Below, in pieces: positions 20,331-39,239 of a stretch of DNA of 64,000 nt. Positions within the stretch are counted from its first letter, which is position 1; each line of letters starts with the position of its first letter. The translations under genes were made by a program, and so were the position numbers. The notes under the pieces were generated by a model that worked only from the letters and a program-made list of their open reading frames with translations, was not told the origin of the DNA and did no database searches. This DNA is from the human T2T-CHM13v2.0 reference genome, Homo sapiens, in the NCBI RefSeq assembly GCF_009914755.1, contig NC_060947.1. One strand, given 5' to 3'.

Positions 20331-22408
20331 GCAGCAGGCAAAAGAGAGAGTGTGCAGGGGAACACCCCTTTATGAAACCATTAGGTCTTGTTAGACTTAC
20401 TATCACAAGAACAGCACGGAAAAGACCTACCCCCATGATTCAATTACCTACCACCGGGTCCCCCCAAAACATGTGGGAATTATGGGAGATACAATTCAAA
20501 ATGAGATTTGGGTGGGGACACAGCCAAACTGTATCATTCTGTCCCCGACTTCAAATCTCACGCTCTCACATTTCAAAACCAATCATGCCTTCCCAACAGT
20601 CCCCCAAAGTCTTAACTCATTTCAGCATTAACTCAAACATGCATAGTCTAAAGTCTTATCTGAGACAAGGCAGGTGCCTTCTGCCTATGAGCCTGTAAAA
20701 TCAAAAGCAAGTTAGTTACTTCCCAGATACAATGGAGACATTGAGTAAATACGCTCATTTCAAATGGGAGAAATTGGCCAAAATGAAGGGGCTACAGACC
20801 TCATGCAACTCTGAAATTCAGTGGGGTAGTCAAATCTTAAAGCTCCAAAATGACCTTTGAATCCAGGGCATCCAGGGCATGCTGATGCAAGAGGTGGGCT
20901 CCCATGGTCTTGTGCGTCTACACCCCTGTGGCATTGCAGAGTACAACCCCCCATCCTGGCTGCTTTTACGAGCTGGCGTTGCGTGTCTGTGACTTTTCCA
21001 GGCACACGGTGCAGGCTGTCGGTGAATCTACCACTCTGGGGTCTGAAGGACAGTGGCCCTCTTCTCACAGCTCCACTTGGTACTGCCCCAGAGGGGACCC
21101 TGTGTGGGGGCTCCCACCTCACATTTCCTTTCTGCACTGCCCTAGCAGAGGTTCTCCATGAGGGCCATGCCACTGCATCACACCTCTGCCTAGACATCCA
21201 GGCATTTCCACACATCCTCTGACATCTAGGCATAGGTTCCCAAACCTCAATTTTTGACTTTTGTGCACCTGCAGGTCCAACACCACATGTAAGCTGCCAA
21301 GGCTTGAGGCTTGCACCCTCTGAGCAATAGCCTGAGCTCTACATTTGTCCCTATTAGCCACAACTAGGACACAGAGCACCGCATCCTGAGACTACATGAA
21401 GGAGCAAGGCCCTGGTCCTGGCTCAGTAAACCATTTTTTCCTCTTAGGTCTCCAGGCCTTTGATGGGAGGGGTTGCTTTGAAGGTCTCTGACGTGCCCTG
21501 GAGACATTTTTCCCATTGTCCTGGTGATTAACTTTTGGCTCCTCCTTACTTATGCAAATTTCTGCAGCTGGCTTTCATTTCTCCCCAGAAAAATGAAGTT
21601 TCCTCTTCTATTGCATTGTCAGGTTGCAAGTTTCCCAAACTTTTATGCTGTGCTTCCTCTTGAATGCTCTGCCACTTAGAAATTTGTTCTGCCAGATATC
21701 CTAAATCATCTCTCTATTTCAAAGTTCCACAGATCTCTAGGGCTGGGGCAAAGTGCTGCCAGCCTCCTTGCATAGAAGAGTGACCTTTACTCCTGTTCCC
21801 AACAAGTTCCTCATCTCCATCTGAAACCACATCATCCTGGACTTTATTGTACATATCACTATCAGCATTGTGGTCAAAGCCATTCAACAAGTCTCCAGTA
21901 AGTTCCAAACTTTCCCACATCTTCCTATCTTCTTCTGAGCCCTTGAAACTGTTTCAATCTCTGCCTGTTACCTAGTTCCAAAGTTGCTTCTACATTTTCT
22001 GGTATGTTTACAGCAGCATCCCACTACCCAGTGCCAATTTACTGCATTTTTCTGTTCTCATGCTGCTAAGAAAGACGTACCTGAGACTGGTTAATTTATA
22101 AAGGAAAGAGGTTTAATTGACTCACAGTTCCACATGGCTGGGGAGGCCTCAAAATCATGGCAGAAGGTGAATGAGGAACAAAGATATGTCTTACATGGTG
22201 GTAGGCATGAGAGAGGGTGTGCAGGGGAACTCCCCTTTATAAAACCATCAGATCTCATGAGACTTATTCGCTATCATGAGAACAGCACAGGAAAGACCCA
22301 TCCCCATGATTCAATTACCTCCTGCCAAGTCCCTATCGTGACATGTGGGAATCATGAGAGCTACAATTCCAGATGAGATATGGGTGGGGACACAGTCAAA
22401 CCATATCA
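20331..22408 (-). mobile_element. THE1 MaLR provirus: complete 5' LTR ~22041-22408, internal region, truncated 3' LTR ~20331-20537
   Basis: Both LTRs end gggtggggacacag(c/t)caaac..tatca, the reverse complement of the THE1 start; ~1.5 kb THE1-int lies between them. Confidence 0.92.
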
Positions 22409-27230
<4,822 letters not shown>

Positions 27231-28009
27231 TGGGGTGATTTCTAGGGAGAAAAACTCTAGCTCCTAGCAACTGATTATATTGTGGAAGTCACAGTTCCCA
27301 ATTAGCAAAGTACCTCTTTATAACTACTCATTTGACCCCAGGGAAAAAAACAGCATCACTCAGGGGCTGGGATTCAGGTCTAGATTCCTGAAGCATTGAC
27401 AAGCCTGCACCAAACCTCCAAATGCTACAGTCCAGAAATGCTCTAGTCATTAATTTTATCTTCATCCCTTGCTAAACATGAGGAGGAAGACTCTGGGCCT
27501 CAGGTTCTGAATTAAACCTTCTCCCTCATTGTGGCAATCATTTTTTGTTCTCTTCATTCCCCCAGGAGCCCTTTTTCTCCCTTCTGAATTTTGGCTAAAT
27601 CTTTTCCTCTCACACAATCCCTAATGCATTGTCTTAGTTAAGACACTTTTGCCTTTACTATTGCAGTAGCCTCCTAGATGATCTCTCTGCCTTTGTCTCT
27701 CCCTCACATCCACCTTCCATGTTGCTATGTAAAACTATTCTGAAGAAAAGGCCAAACTGTTTCGCCCAGCATGAGAACTGTATGTTTCTCTGCATCTCAG
27801 CCTTTGGGTTTTGTTTCTCCCTTAGCTTAGAAAACCCTTTCTTCTTTGGTTCCACCTGTCCAAATTTTCCCCAGCTTTCACAGTGCTTTCTGCATGGATT
27901 TATCTTTAATTTCCCAGCCTTTCTGCAAAAGCTGAAAACAAGCTCTCCATGTGAAGAGTTCTGTGCCATTCTCTTGGGAAATCATGGGCTTATTTCCTAC
28001 CTAGTAGTA

Positions 28010-28260
28010 AAGTGGTTAACAACAAAAACTCTGAGGTTGAACAGACTCAAATTTAAATACTAATTCTACCACTTATTAGCTGTTGTATTAGGCAAATTAA
28101 TTAAGCAATTGAGCCTCACTTTTCTTAATAATTAAAATGGGGAGGACAACACAAAAAATTTCTGCCTCCATAAAGCTTTTGTGAAGATTCCATGAGAAAA
28201 TGCAGGTAAAATATTAAGCATTATTTTTGGCGCACAGCAAGTGCTCAATAAATGCCCATT
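28010..28260 (+). mobile_element. MIR
   Basis: ctaccacttattagctg...gagcctcacttttc...gtgctcaataaatg. Confidence 0.7.
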
Positions 28261-30179
28261 GTCATTATTCTCCTATTTGTCTAGAGCTCAGGTGGGAAAT
28301 CTGCATACAGATATGCAGGTGATTGTTGTAGAGGGGCTGTTGAAATCAGGAGGTGGATGATATCTCTCAAAGAATTTGTTGTAACACGCAAAAAGAAGAA
28401 AGCTGAGGTTGACACCTCAAGGTAGATCAGCTTCCAGAAAGCAGTCAGAGGTACAAGAGTCTACAAAGAAGAACACAAAAGATTGGCCATGGTAGGAGAA
28501 AGAACCTATACAGAGCATTACAAGAAGCCAGGGAGTGTCATCAGTGCAAGAAGAGTTAATCATACAGTAGGCAAAGAAAGGTCAAGTAGGATCAACTCAA
28601 GTCCATTGACTTTCACAATGTGAAAGTGATTTGAGATTTCTCAGAGCTTCTTCATGGATTGGAAAACAGAGGTAAACTATAGTGATGGAGATGTGTATAA
28701 AGAAGTGGAGACAGTTGGCACAGACTATCTAGAAGTCTATGTAGAAGTTTGTATAAAATACAGAAGGAGAGAGGGTGGGATATGAGAAACATAAAGTCTT
28801 ATGAGGGGTGTCTCTTTTTCTTTCCTTCCGTTATTTATTTCTTTCCTTTTTTTTCTAAAAGATGAGCACTAATTGAGCTTGTTCATAATCCAGGGTAAAG
28901 GTTGGGATTGGGGGAAAGAGGATGGATATGTCATGGAATTAGTAGGGCTTGCATGAGCAGTAAAAGGTGGGTCCACAAAAAGATGGAGGGATTGGCTTTG
29001 GCTGGTCCAGAGATGAGAGGGAAGAGTATGTATGGATACAGGAAAATGTGTCTCATATGTCTTTGACTCTCCAAAACTTAGCAATGCAGGGAGTGATATG
29101 CACTTGACATGCAGTAGTCCTCTAGGAAATGGCAGAGTGACAAAGTACTAAAGAAAGTTGTGGAGAGACAAGCTGCCAGAATAGGAATTCTTATTTATCA
29201 CAAGAATTTCCCAATGCACAGATGATAAAACCTGATATTGGGGCTGAGGAATGAGGGACATAAGGGGGCAAAAAGCCAGAGGGTGAAGAGAGTTGTGTGT
29301 ATAGTATGCTTGTATGTACACGTATCAGAATTAGCAATGCATTGGAATGCCATTTACTATAACCTGGAAAACAGTAATTAAGTTGAATTAGGGTTAGTCC
29401 TGCTTTCCTTAAAGTCATCTCTTTCTTGTCATTGCTTAGTACCAAGGCGGCTGGAAGTAAGTCTGGGATTGGACAATTAATGGCGCCCCTTCCTACTGCC
29501 CTCTGTCTATTGTCTTCTACAATTGCAGTCTAATTTAGGTGAAATCTGCCTGGCAGTGTCCTAGGGGAAGCAGTGGTTGGATGACCTGTGCCAGTTCTCA
29601 TTTTCCTATCTCCAGCTTCAATTAGAGACCCAAATTGAGAGACAGATGAGAAACTATTTTTTTTAGGAATAAAGGAGCTTCTCTGTAATATGCTCCTGAA
29701 AGGCTGTGTTCTCAGTCTCAGAATCTCAGTACCTACTGGTAGAGGAGAGTGGTCTAGGCAGTTGGGGATACAGAATCCGTTCTCTGGGAGCTCAGGTTTA
29801 GTGGAGGATGAAGGCAGACAAGCAGGGGAATCACTAATATATGTGCCTGTCAAGAGGGCAAATGCTAGCTTGAACACTGGGTAGGGAGAATTAACCACCA
29901 GTGGCTTCTTATTGTAGTGTGTGACTTTGTCTCATCAATTTCCCTCCTATCCTCATTGACTCTGAGCCAAGACAAGATTCCAGCCTTCAAACTCCAAGTC
30001 TAGAGGAAGGGAATGAAATGTTTTTGAGGTCCTAATTTGTATCAGGTACTCTTCCAGGCACTTTTGGGATACAGTAGGATCAGACACACCCAAATATAAA
30101 GACATTTGACCTCTCCTAACCTCAATATTTTTGTGTCTAAGTTGATGACACTGAGTGTTGGTAGGAATATTTGATTTGT

Positions 30180-30700
30180 TTAGTTATTTATCAAACACTC
30201 AAATAATGCTTTTTATGTTCACTTTATAAATATTAACTCATTTATTCTCCATAACAATCCAATAAGGTAGATTCTACTATTATCTCCATTTTACAGATTG
30301 GGGTACTGAGATTTCAGGAAGTTAGTGAGTTCACCAAAGGTCACATAGTTAGCAAATGGAATTTGCTGAGATTTGAATCCAGACTATCCGGCTTTAGTAT
30401 CCATGCTCTTAGCGATTATACTATGCTGCACCCCATATATAATTAAGTATGTGAAAGCACTTAGGACAAAATCCGCCACATTATGGGTATCCATTGAATG
30501 ATGATTCTCTCCATCACTCTTAAAAATTTCACTGCAACCCCACACAGTAGGTATTATCTAAATTTTACCAATGAGAAAAATGGGAGATCAGAGAAGTTTA
30601 ATAACCTGCTCAAGAATGCACTGCTACTAAATAGAAGATGTGGGATTTGAACACAGAAACAATTGGCTCCTGAGTCAGTGTCATTTCCCTGTACTGTGCA
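30180..30700 (-). mobile_element. Cluster of MIR fragments
   Basis: tattatctccattttacagat...actgag, aaggtcacatag, gatttgaatccaga. Confidence 0.65.
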
Positions 30701-31419
30701 ATATGGAAATCACTGAAGTGCATGAGATCCTAGACTACTGATGGGGAGTACTTGTTTAAGGATGGACTTCCCTTCCCAGCCACAAGCAGAACAGAATGTA
30801 GTAAAAAAGGGGAATTTTACTTAGTTTTCAGGAAGGGTCTGCGTCCTTTACAACCATTACACAGGTTAAATGGCTGGTGGCAGGTGAGCCTCAGAGTCTT
30901 CTCAATCTTCAGGAAAGTCACCATGACTCCTAGCTGTCTGCTTGCCCATTATGGGAGACCCTATACAAGGACAACCCCTCACTTATTGAACCCTCCGATT
31001 TTGCACATTTGGAATTCTGAGTAAGTCATCATCATCATCATCATCATCATCCTTGGCTTCTCAGGAAGCTAATCATCATTACTAACATCTTCCTCACAAC
31101 TACTACTAATTGAATACTTTTCAGGTACTCTTCTAGGCGCTTAACAAGTATTAGCTCACTGAATCTTCATGACAAAGCTATAAGAAAAGGACTATTTGAG
31201 GCCCGGAGAGGTTAAGTAACCAGCCTAACAATATATGGACTTGAATTAATAGCCTTCCCCATGTTCGGCTTGGGAGATGTTGATCATTGTAAAGATACTG
31301 ATAGTTGCTTTGGGAAAGCTGAGAGCATAATGATAACAGGAAACTGGACAGCAGGACTGTTAAAATCACCTGACCTTTCCCTGTGGAGTGAGGTCCTACC
31401 TTTAGTGTAAGAGTCAGCC

Positions 31420-34400
31420 AGCAAAGCCACTGTAGCCAGACTGCCTCTCTAAATTCCTCCTCTCTGGGCAGGGCATCTCTAGAAAAAAAGCAGCAGCCCC
31501 AGTCAGGGGCTTATAGATAAAACCCCCATCTCCCTGGGACAGAGCACCTGGGGGAAGGGGCAGCTGTGGGCGCAGGCTTCAGCAGATTTAAACGTTCCTG
31601 CCTGCTGGCTCTGAAGAAAGCAGTGGTTCCCCCGGAACAGTGCTTGAGCTCTGCTAAGGGACAGACTCCCTCCTCAAGTGAGTCCCTGACTCCTGTGCCT
31701 CCTGACAGAGAGACACCTCCCAGCAGGGGTCGACAGACACCTCATACAGGAGAGCTCCAGCTGGCATGTGGCAGGTGCGCCTCTGGGACAAAGCTTCCAG
31801 AAAAAGGAACAGACAGCAATCCTTCCTGTTCAGCAGTGTATGCTGGTGATACCCAGGCAAACAGGGTCTGGAGTGGACCTCCAGAAAACTCCAACAGACC
31901 TGAACAGAAAGGCATGACTCTTTGAAGAAAAACTAACAAACAAACAACAAAAAAAAGAGCATCAACATCAACAAAAAGGAGGTCCACACAGAAACCCCAT
32001 GCGAAGGTCACCCATATCAAAGTCCAAAGGTAGATAAATCCACGAAGATGGGGAAAACCCAGTGCAAAAAGCTGAAAATTTCAAAAACCAGAACACCTCT
32101 TCTCCTCCAAAGGATCACAACTCCTTGCAAGCAAGGGAACAAAACTGGATAAAGAATGAGTTGATGAATTGACAGAAATAGGCTTCAGAAGGCGGGTAAT
32201 AACAACGTCCTCTGAGATAAAGGAGCATGTTCTAACCAATGCAAGGAAGCTAAGAACCTTGAAAAAAAATTAGAGGATTTGCTAACTAGAATAACCAGTT
32301 TAGAGAAGAACATAAATGACCTGATGGAGCTGAAAAACACAGCACAAGAACTTCATGAAGCATACAGAAATATCAATAGATGAATTGATCAAGTGGAAGA
32401 AAGGATATCAGAGAGTGAAGATCAGCTTAATGAAATAAAGCATGAAGACAAGATTAGCGAAAAAAGAATGAAGAGGAATGAACAAAGCCTCCAAGAATTA
32501 CGGGACTATGGAAAAAGACCAAACCTACGTGTGATTGGCCTACCTGAAAATGACGGGAGAATGGAACCAGGTTGGAAAACACTCTTCAGGATATTATCCA
32601 GGAGAACTTCCCCATGCTAGCAAGACAGGCCAACATTCAAATTCAGGAAATACAGAGGACAATTCAAAGATATTCCTCAAGAAGAGCAACCCCAAGACAT
32701 ACAATAGTCAGATTCACCAAGGTTGCATGAAGAAAAAATGTTAAGGGCAGCCAGAGAGAAAGGTTGGGTTAACCACAAAGGGAAACCCGTCAGACTAACA
32801 GTGGACCTCTCTGCAGAAACCCTACAAGCCAGAAGAGAGTGGGAGCCAATATTCAACAACCTTAAAGAAAAGAATTTTCCACCCTGAATTTCATATCCAG
32901 CGAAACTAAGCTTCATAAGCAAAGGAAAAATAAAATCCTTTACAGACAAGCAAATGCTGAGAGATTTTGTCACTACCAGGCCTGCCTTAAAAGAGATCCT
33001 GAAGGAGCACTAAACATGGAAAGGAACAACTAGTACCAGCCACTGCAAAAAGATACCAAATTGTAAAGACCATCGACACTATGAAGAAAGAGCATCACTA
33101 ACGGGCAATACCAGCTAGCAACTTAATGACAGAATCAAATTCACACATAACAATATAAACCTTAAATGTAAATGAGCTAAATGCCCCAATTAAAAGACAC
33201 AGACAGGCAAATTTGATAAAGAGACATGACCCATTGCTGTGCTGTATTCACCAGACCCATCTCACATGCAAAGACACACATAGGCCAAAATAAAGGGATG
33301 GACAAATATTTACCAACCAAAGGGAGAGCAAAAAATAAATAAATAAATAAAGCAGGGGTTGAAATCCTAGTCTCTGTTAAAACAGACTTGAAACCAACAA
33401 AGACCAAAAGAGACAAAGAAGGGCATTACATAATGGTAAAGGGATCAATGCAACAAGAAGAGCTAACTATTCTAAATATAATATGTGCACCCAATAGAGG
33501 AGCACCTAGATTCATAAAGCAAGTTCTTAGAGACCTGCAATAAAACAGACTCCCACACAATAATAGTGGGAGACTTTAACACCCCACTGTCAATGAGACA
33601 GATCAACAAAACAGAGAATTAACAAGGATATTCAGGACTTGTACTCAGCTCTGGACAAAGCGAACCTAATAGACATCTACAGAACTCTCCACCCCAAATC
33701 AACAGAATATACATTCTTCTCAACACCTCATCACACTTATTCTAAAATTGACCACATAGTTTGAAGTAGAACACTCCTCAGCAAATGCAAAAGAATGGAA
33801 ATCATAAGAAACAGTATTTCAGACCACAGTGCAATCAAATTGGAACTCAGAATTAAGCAACTCACTCAAAACCACACAACAACGTGGAAACTGAACAACC
33901 TGCTCCTGAATGACTACTGGGTAAATAACTAAATTAAGGCAGAAATAAATAAGTTCTTTGAAACCAATGAGAACAAACACACAAAGTACCAGAATCTCTG
34001 GGATACAGCTAAAGCATTGTTTAGAGGGAAATTTATAGCACTAAGTGCTTACAAGACAAAGGAGGAAAGATCTAAAATTGATACCCTAACATCACAAATA
34101 AAAGAACTAGAGAAGCAAAAGGAAACAAATTCAAAAGCTAGCAGAAGACACGAGCTAACTAAGATCAGAGCAGAAATGAAGAAGACAGAGACACGAAAAA
34201 CCCTTCAAAAAATCAAAGAAGACAGGAGTTGGTTTTTTGAAAACATCAACAAAATATATAGATGATGAGCCAGACTAATGAAGAAGAAAAGAGAGAAGAA
34301 TCAAATAGACACAATAGAAAATGATAAAGGGGATATCACCACTGATACCACAGAAATACAAACCACCATCGGACAATACTATAAACACTTCTACACAAAT

Positions 34401-37190
34401 AAACTAGAAAATCTAGAAGAAATGGATAAATTCCTCAACACATACACCATCCCAGCTCTAAACCAACAAGAAGTAGAATCCCTGAATATACCAAAAATAA
34501 GATCTGAAATAGAGGCAGTAATTAATAGTCTAGCAAGCAAAAAAAGTCCAGGACCAGAGGGATTCACAGCTGAATTGTACAAGAGGTACAAAGAGAAGCG
34601 GGTACCAATACTTCTGAAACTATTCCAAACAATAGAAAAAGAGGGACTCCTCCCTAACTCATTTTATGAGGCCAGAATCATCCTGATACCAAAACTTGGC
34701 AGAGACACACACAAAAAAGAAAATTTCAGCCCAATATCCCTGAGGAACATCGATGCCAAAATCCTCAATAAAATACTGTCAAACCGAATCCAGCAGCACA
34801 TCAAGAAGCTTATCCAACACCATCAAGTCAGCTTCGTAACTGGGATCCAAGACTGGTTTAACATATCCAAATCAATAAACGTAATCAATCACATAAACAG
34901 AACCAATGACAAAAACCACAGGATTATCTCAATAGATGCAGAAAAGGCATTTGATAAAATTCAACACCCCTTCATGCTAAAAACTCTCAGTAAACTAGGT
35001 ATTGATGGAACGTATCTCAAAATAATAAGAGCAATTTATGACAAACCCACAGCCAATATCGTACTGAATGGGTAAAAACTGAAAGCATTCCTTTTGAAAA
35101 CTGGCACAAGGCAAGGATGCCCTCTCTCACCAATCTTATTCAACATAATATTGGAAGTCCTGCCCAGGGCATTCAGGCAAGAGAAAGAAATAAAGGGTAT
35201 TCAAATAGGAAGAGAGGAATTCAAATTGTCTCTGTTTGAAGATGACATGATTGTATATTTAGAAAACTGCATCGCTTCAGCGCAAAATCTCCTTAAGCTG
35301 ATAAGAAACTTCAGCAAAATCTCAGGATACAAAATCAATGTGCAAAAATCAGAAGCATCCCTATGCATCAAAAATAGACACACAGAGAGCCAAATCATGA
35401 ATGAACTCCCATTCACAATTGCTACAAAGAGAATAAAGTACCTAGGAATACAACTTACAAGGGATATGAAGAACCTCTTCAAGGAGTACTACAAACCACT
35501 GCTAAAGGAAATAAGAGAAGACACAAACAAATGGAAAAACATTCCATGCTCATGGATAGGAAGAATCAATATTGTGAAAATGGCCATACTGTCCAAAGTA
35601 ATTCATAGATTCAATGCTATCCCCATCAAGCTAACATTAACTTAGTTCACAGAATTAGAAAAAAACTACTTTAAATTTTGTATGGAACCAAAAAAGAGCC
35701 TGCATAGCCAAGACAATCCCAAAGAAAAAGAACAAAGCTGGAGGCATCATGCTACCTGACTTCAAACTATACTACAAGGCTACAGTAATCAAAGCAGCAT
35801 GGTACTGTTACTAAAACAGATATATAGACCAATGCAACAGAACAGAGGCCTCAGAAATAGCACCACACATCTACAACAATCTGATCTTTCAGAAACCTGA
35901 TAAAAAGAAGTAATGGGGAATTTAATAATTGTTGTTGGAAAAACTGGCTAGCCATATGTAGAAAGCTGAAACTGGATCCCTTCCTTACACCTTATACAAA
36001 AATTAACCCAAGATGGATTAAAGACTTAAATGGAAGACCTAAAACCATAAAAACCATAGAAGAAAACCTAGGCATACCATTCAGGACATAAGCATGGACA
36101 AAGACTGCATGACTAAAAGACCAAAAGCAATGGCAAAAAAAAAAAAAAAAAAAAAAACAAAATAAAATTGACAAATGGGATCTAATTAAACTAAGGAGCT
36201 TTGGCACAGCAAAATAAACTATCATCAGAGTAAACAGTCAACCTACAGAATGGGAGAATATTTTTGCAATCTATCCATCTCACAAAGGGCTAATATCCAG
36301 AATTTACAAAGAAGTTAAATAAATTTACAAGAAAAAAACAACCCCATTAAAAAGTGGGCAAAGGATATGAACAGACATTTCTCAAAAGAAGACATTTATG
36401 CAGTCAACAAACATATGAAGAAGAGCTCATCATCACTGGTCATTAGAGAAATGCAAATCAAAACCACAATGAGATGCTATCTCGTGCCAGTTAGAATGGT
36501 GATCATTAACAAAATCAGGAAACAACAGATGCTGGAGAGGATGTGGAGAGACAGGAATGCTTTTACCCTGTTGGTGGGAGTGTAAATTAGTTCAACCACT
36601 GTGGAAGACAGTGTAGCGATTCCTCAAGGATCTACAACTAGAAATACCTTTTGACCCAGCAATCCCATGACTGGGTATATACCCAAAGGATTATAAATTA
36701 TTCTACTATAAAGACACACTCACACATATGTTTATTGCAATACTCTTCACAATAGCAAGACTTTGAACCAACCCAAATGCCCATCAATGATAGACTGGAT
36801 AAAGAAAATGTGGCATATATACACCATGGAATACTCTGCAGCCATAAAAAAGGATGAGTTCATGTCCTTTGCAGGGACACAGATGAAGCTGGAAACCATC
36901 ATTCTCAGCAAACTAACGGAAGAACAGAAAACCAAACACCACTTGTTCTCACTCATAAGTGGGAGCTGAACAATGAGAACACATGGACACAGAGAGGAAA
37001 ACATCACAAACCAGGGCCTGTCAGGGGGTGGGGGGCTAGGGGAGCTATAGCATTAGGAGAAATACCTAATGTAGATCATGGGTTGATGGGTCCAGCAAGC
37101 CACCATGGCATGTGTATTCCTATGTAACAAACCTGCATGTTCTGCACATGTGCCCCAGAACTTAAAGTATATATATATAAATAAATAAAG
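31420..37190 (+). mobile_element. Near full-length L1PA7/8-like element, truncated within the 5' UTR, inactive
   Basis: 5' UTR cagcagccccagtcaggggcttatagataaaac. Fragmented ORF1/ORF2. 3' UTR with aatgtagat and cccagaac. Degenerate TSD ending cagcca. Confidence 0.93.
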
Positions 37191-37497
37191 GCAGCCAACT
37201 CTGGCACAAAACATGCATACAATTAATCCCTGCTGTGTGCAGCATATAGAGAATGCTACAGCCTAAGTGATTCCCAGATTGGAAGGCCTAGGTTCTAGTT
37301 ATGGCTTTGCTCATAACTTGCTATGTAATCTTTATTGGGCAAGTTGGTTCCCTTATCCTCATCTGTAAAATGTGTATGTTAATAATACATTCTTTACCAA
37401 CAGAACAAGGTGAGCATGAAATGGAAATGTTGAAGAAAGTGCTTTCAATGTAAAGCAAATATAAAGGATACCTTGTCTTACTTCTGTTACTCTTCTT

Positions 37498-38356
37498 ACT
37501 CACCCTCCTCTTCCTTCTTCTCTCTCTCTCTCCCAAGCCCCTTGTCTTCTTTTTCACTATATTTTTGATCCTTTTCTTCCTTTCTTTATTCTCCATTAAC
37601 CAGTCTTGGGTTCACCTGCAGCACTGCACTTAGGCAAAGGAAACACAGATTTTCGAGGTTGACAGACTTGAGTCTGACCTGGCTTTGCCCCTTCCTACTT
37701 GTTTGTTAAGCAACAACTTTACCTTTTTTGAGCCACAGTTATATCACCTGTAAAAAGGGATGCATATTACATTGGTACCAAAGTAAATGTGGTGTCTACC
37801 ATTGAAAGTAGTGGCAAAAACCACAACTTTTGCATCAATCTAATAACACCTTCCTTAAAATACTGTTGTCAGAAAATGTGGTAGATTGTCTGTAAATATG
37901 GCTGGCAACAATTCCTCCCATCTCTGACATGCATGCAGCTCCTCCCCTCAAGACATGGAGTATATATATTTCCCTTACCCTTTAAACCTGAGCTGGCCCT
38001 GTGACTCACTTTGACCAATAGAGTGCAGAGGCAGTATTGCTATGTGACTTCTGGTTTTATGCCACAAAAGGCCTTGCTGTTTATGTGTGTTATATGTGTC
38101 CATTTTTACAGATGATAAAACTGAGGCTCAAAAAGGTAAAGTAATTGCCCAGCAAGTAGGAAGGGGCAAAGCCAGCTCAGACTCAAGTCTGTCTACCTCA
38201 AAAGTCTGTGTTTCTTTTGCCTAAGTGCAGTGGAGCAGGTGAACCCAAGACTTGCTCAAGGGAGAATAAAGAATTAAGAGAAGGAACAAAAATATAATGA
38301 AAAAAATAATACAAGGGGGTTAGGAGAGACACAGAAGAAGGAAGAGAAGGGTAAGT
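37498..38356. repeat. Inverted duplication with arms ~37498-37849 and ~38087-38356
   Basis: For example agtcttgggttcacctgcagcactgcacttaggcaaa versus tttgcctaagtgcagtggagcaggtgaacccaagact (reverse complement). Confidence 0.9.
37767..37843. mobile_element. MADE1 (Hsmar1 mariner MITE)
   Basis: ~77 bp palindromic element ttacattggtaccaaagtaa...ttttgcatcaatctaa flanked by TA. Confidence 0.8.
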
Positions 38357-38720
38357 CAGTCTGCTTTGGTTTTCACTCTCTTGGATGCCACTTGCCAGGT
38401 AAAAAAGTCTGATTATTGAAGTGAAATGCCAAATGGAGAAAGGCCCTGGAGGATAAAAGACTACAAAGGCTGGAGTTGGTATTAAGACATCCAGCCCACT
38501 CCTGTTCCAGCCACCTCAGGTGAGGTGCCAGATGAGAGTGCAGCCATCTTGGATCTTACAGCCTTAGCCAAGCTGTCTGAGGCAAAACCACATAGAACAG
38601 AAATTAGCCATTCCCAGCAAGTTCTGCTCAAACTGCAGAGTCATGAGCAAATAAATGATGGTTGTTTTAAGCCATTAAGTGTTTGTGTGGTTTGTTTCAC
38701 GGCAATAGATAAATGAACCA
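37878..38720 (+). mobile_element. MLT1 (G/H-like) LTR interrupted by the inverted copy
   Basis: tgtggtagattg...gtgactcactttgaccaatag | gap | ...ttgttttaagccattaagt...gcaatagataa. Confidence 0.75.
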
Positions 38721-39239
38721 GAAAGACTACATGAGATAGTAGTGACCCACCAAGTGGCTGGCAGGTGTAGGTGCTCAACACATGATTACTCTCTTCCCCT
38801 TCAAAAGCATCCCTAGGAAATGGCTTTCCTGGCTGTTGGTGCTCAGAGTTCAAAACCTGTTACCATCACTACAACATAATTGACAGACCTGACCTCCATT
38901 GTGCCAAGGATGCAGAGCTATGGCCATGCCTCCTGTACTTTACAGGGACTCACTAAGGCCTATACAGGTTAAGGTGTACTCCAAGTTGCACAGATGACTG
39001 TCCTCCCTTTGCCCAGAGTGAGCCTGAGCCACTTCAAAAGCACGTCTGTAGCTATACAAAACCTGGGGTGATATCAGGGAAGATGAGTAGTATAATTTTT
39101 GACTAGTGTTCCAATCTACCTAAACCCAGAGGCACAGTGAATAAAAGGATGTTAATACTTATGAGTGCTTACTATGTGCCTCACATTGTTCACAATCCCA
39201 TGAAATAAGTGCTAATATTTTCCCCATTTTCCAGATGAG

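Noticed and set aside
20300-21379. ORFs of 120-157 aa in THE1
   Set aside because: Typical open stretches of the non-autonomous MaLR internal region, with no recognisable pol or env.
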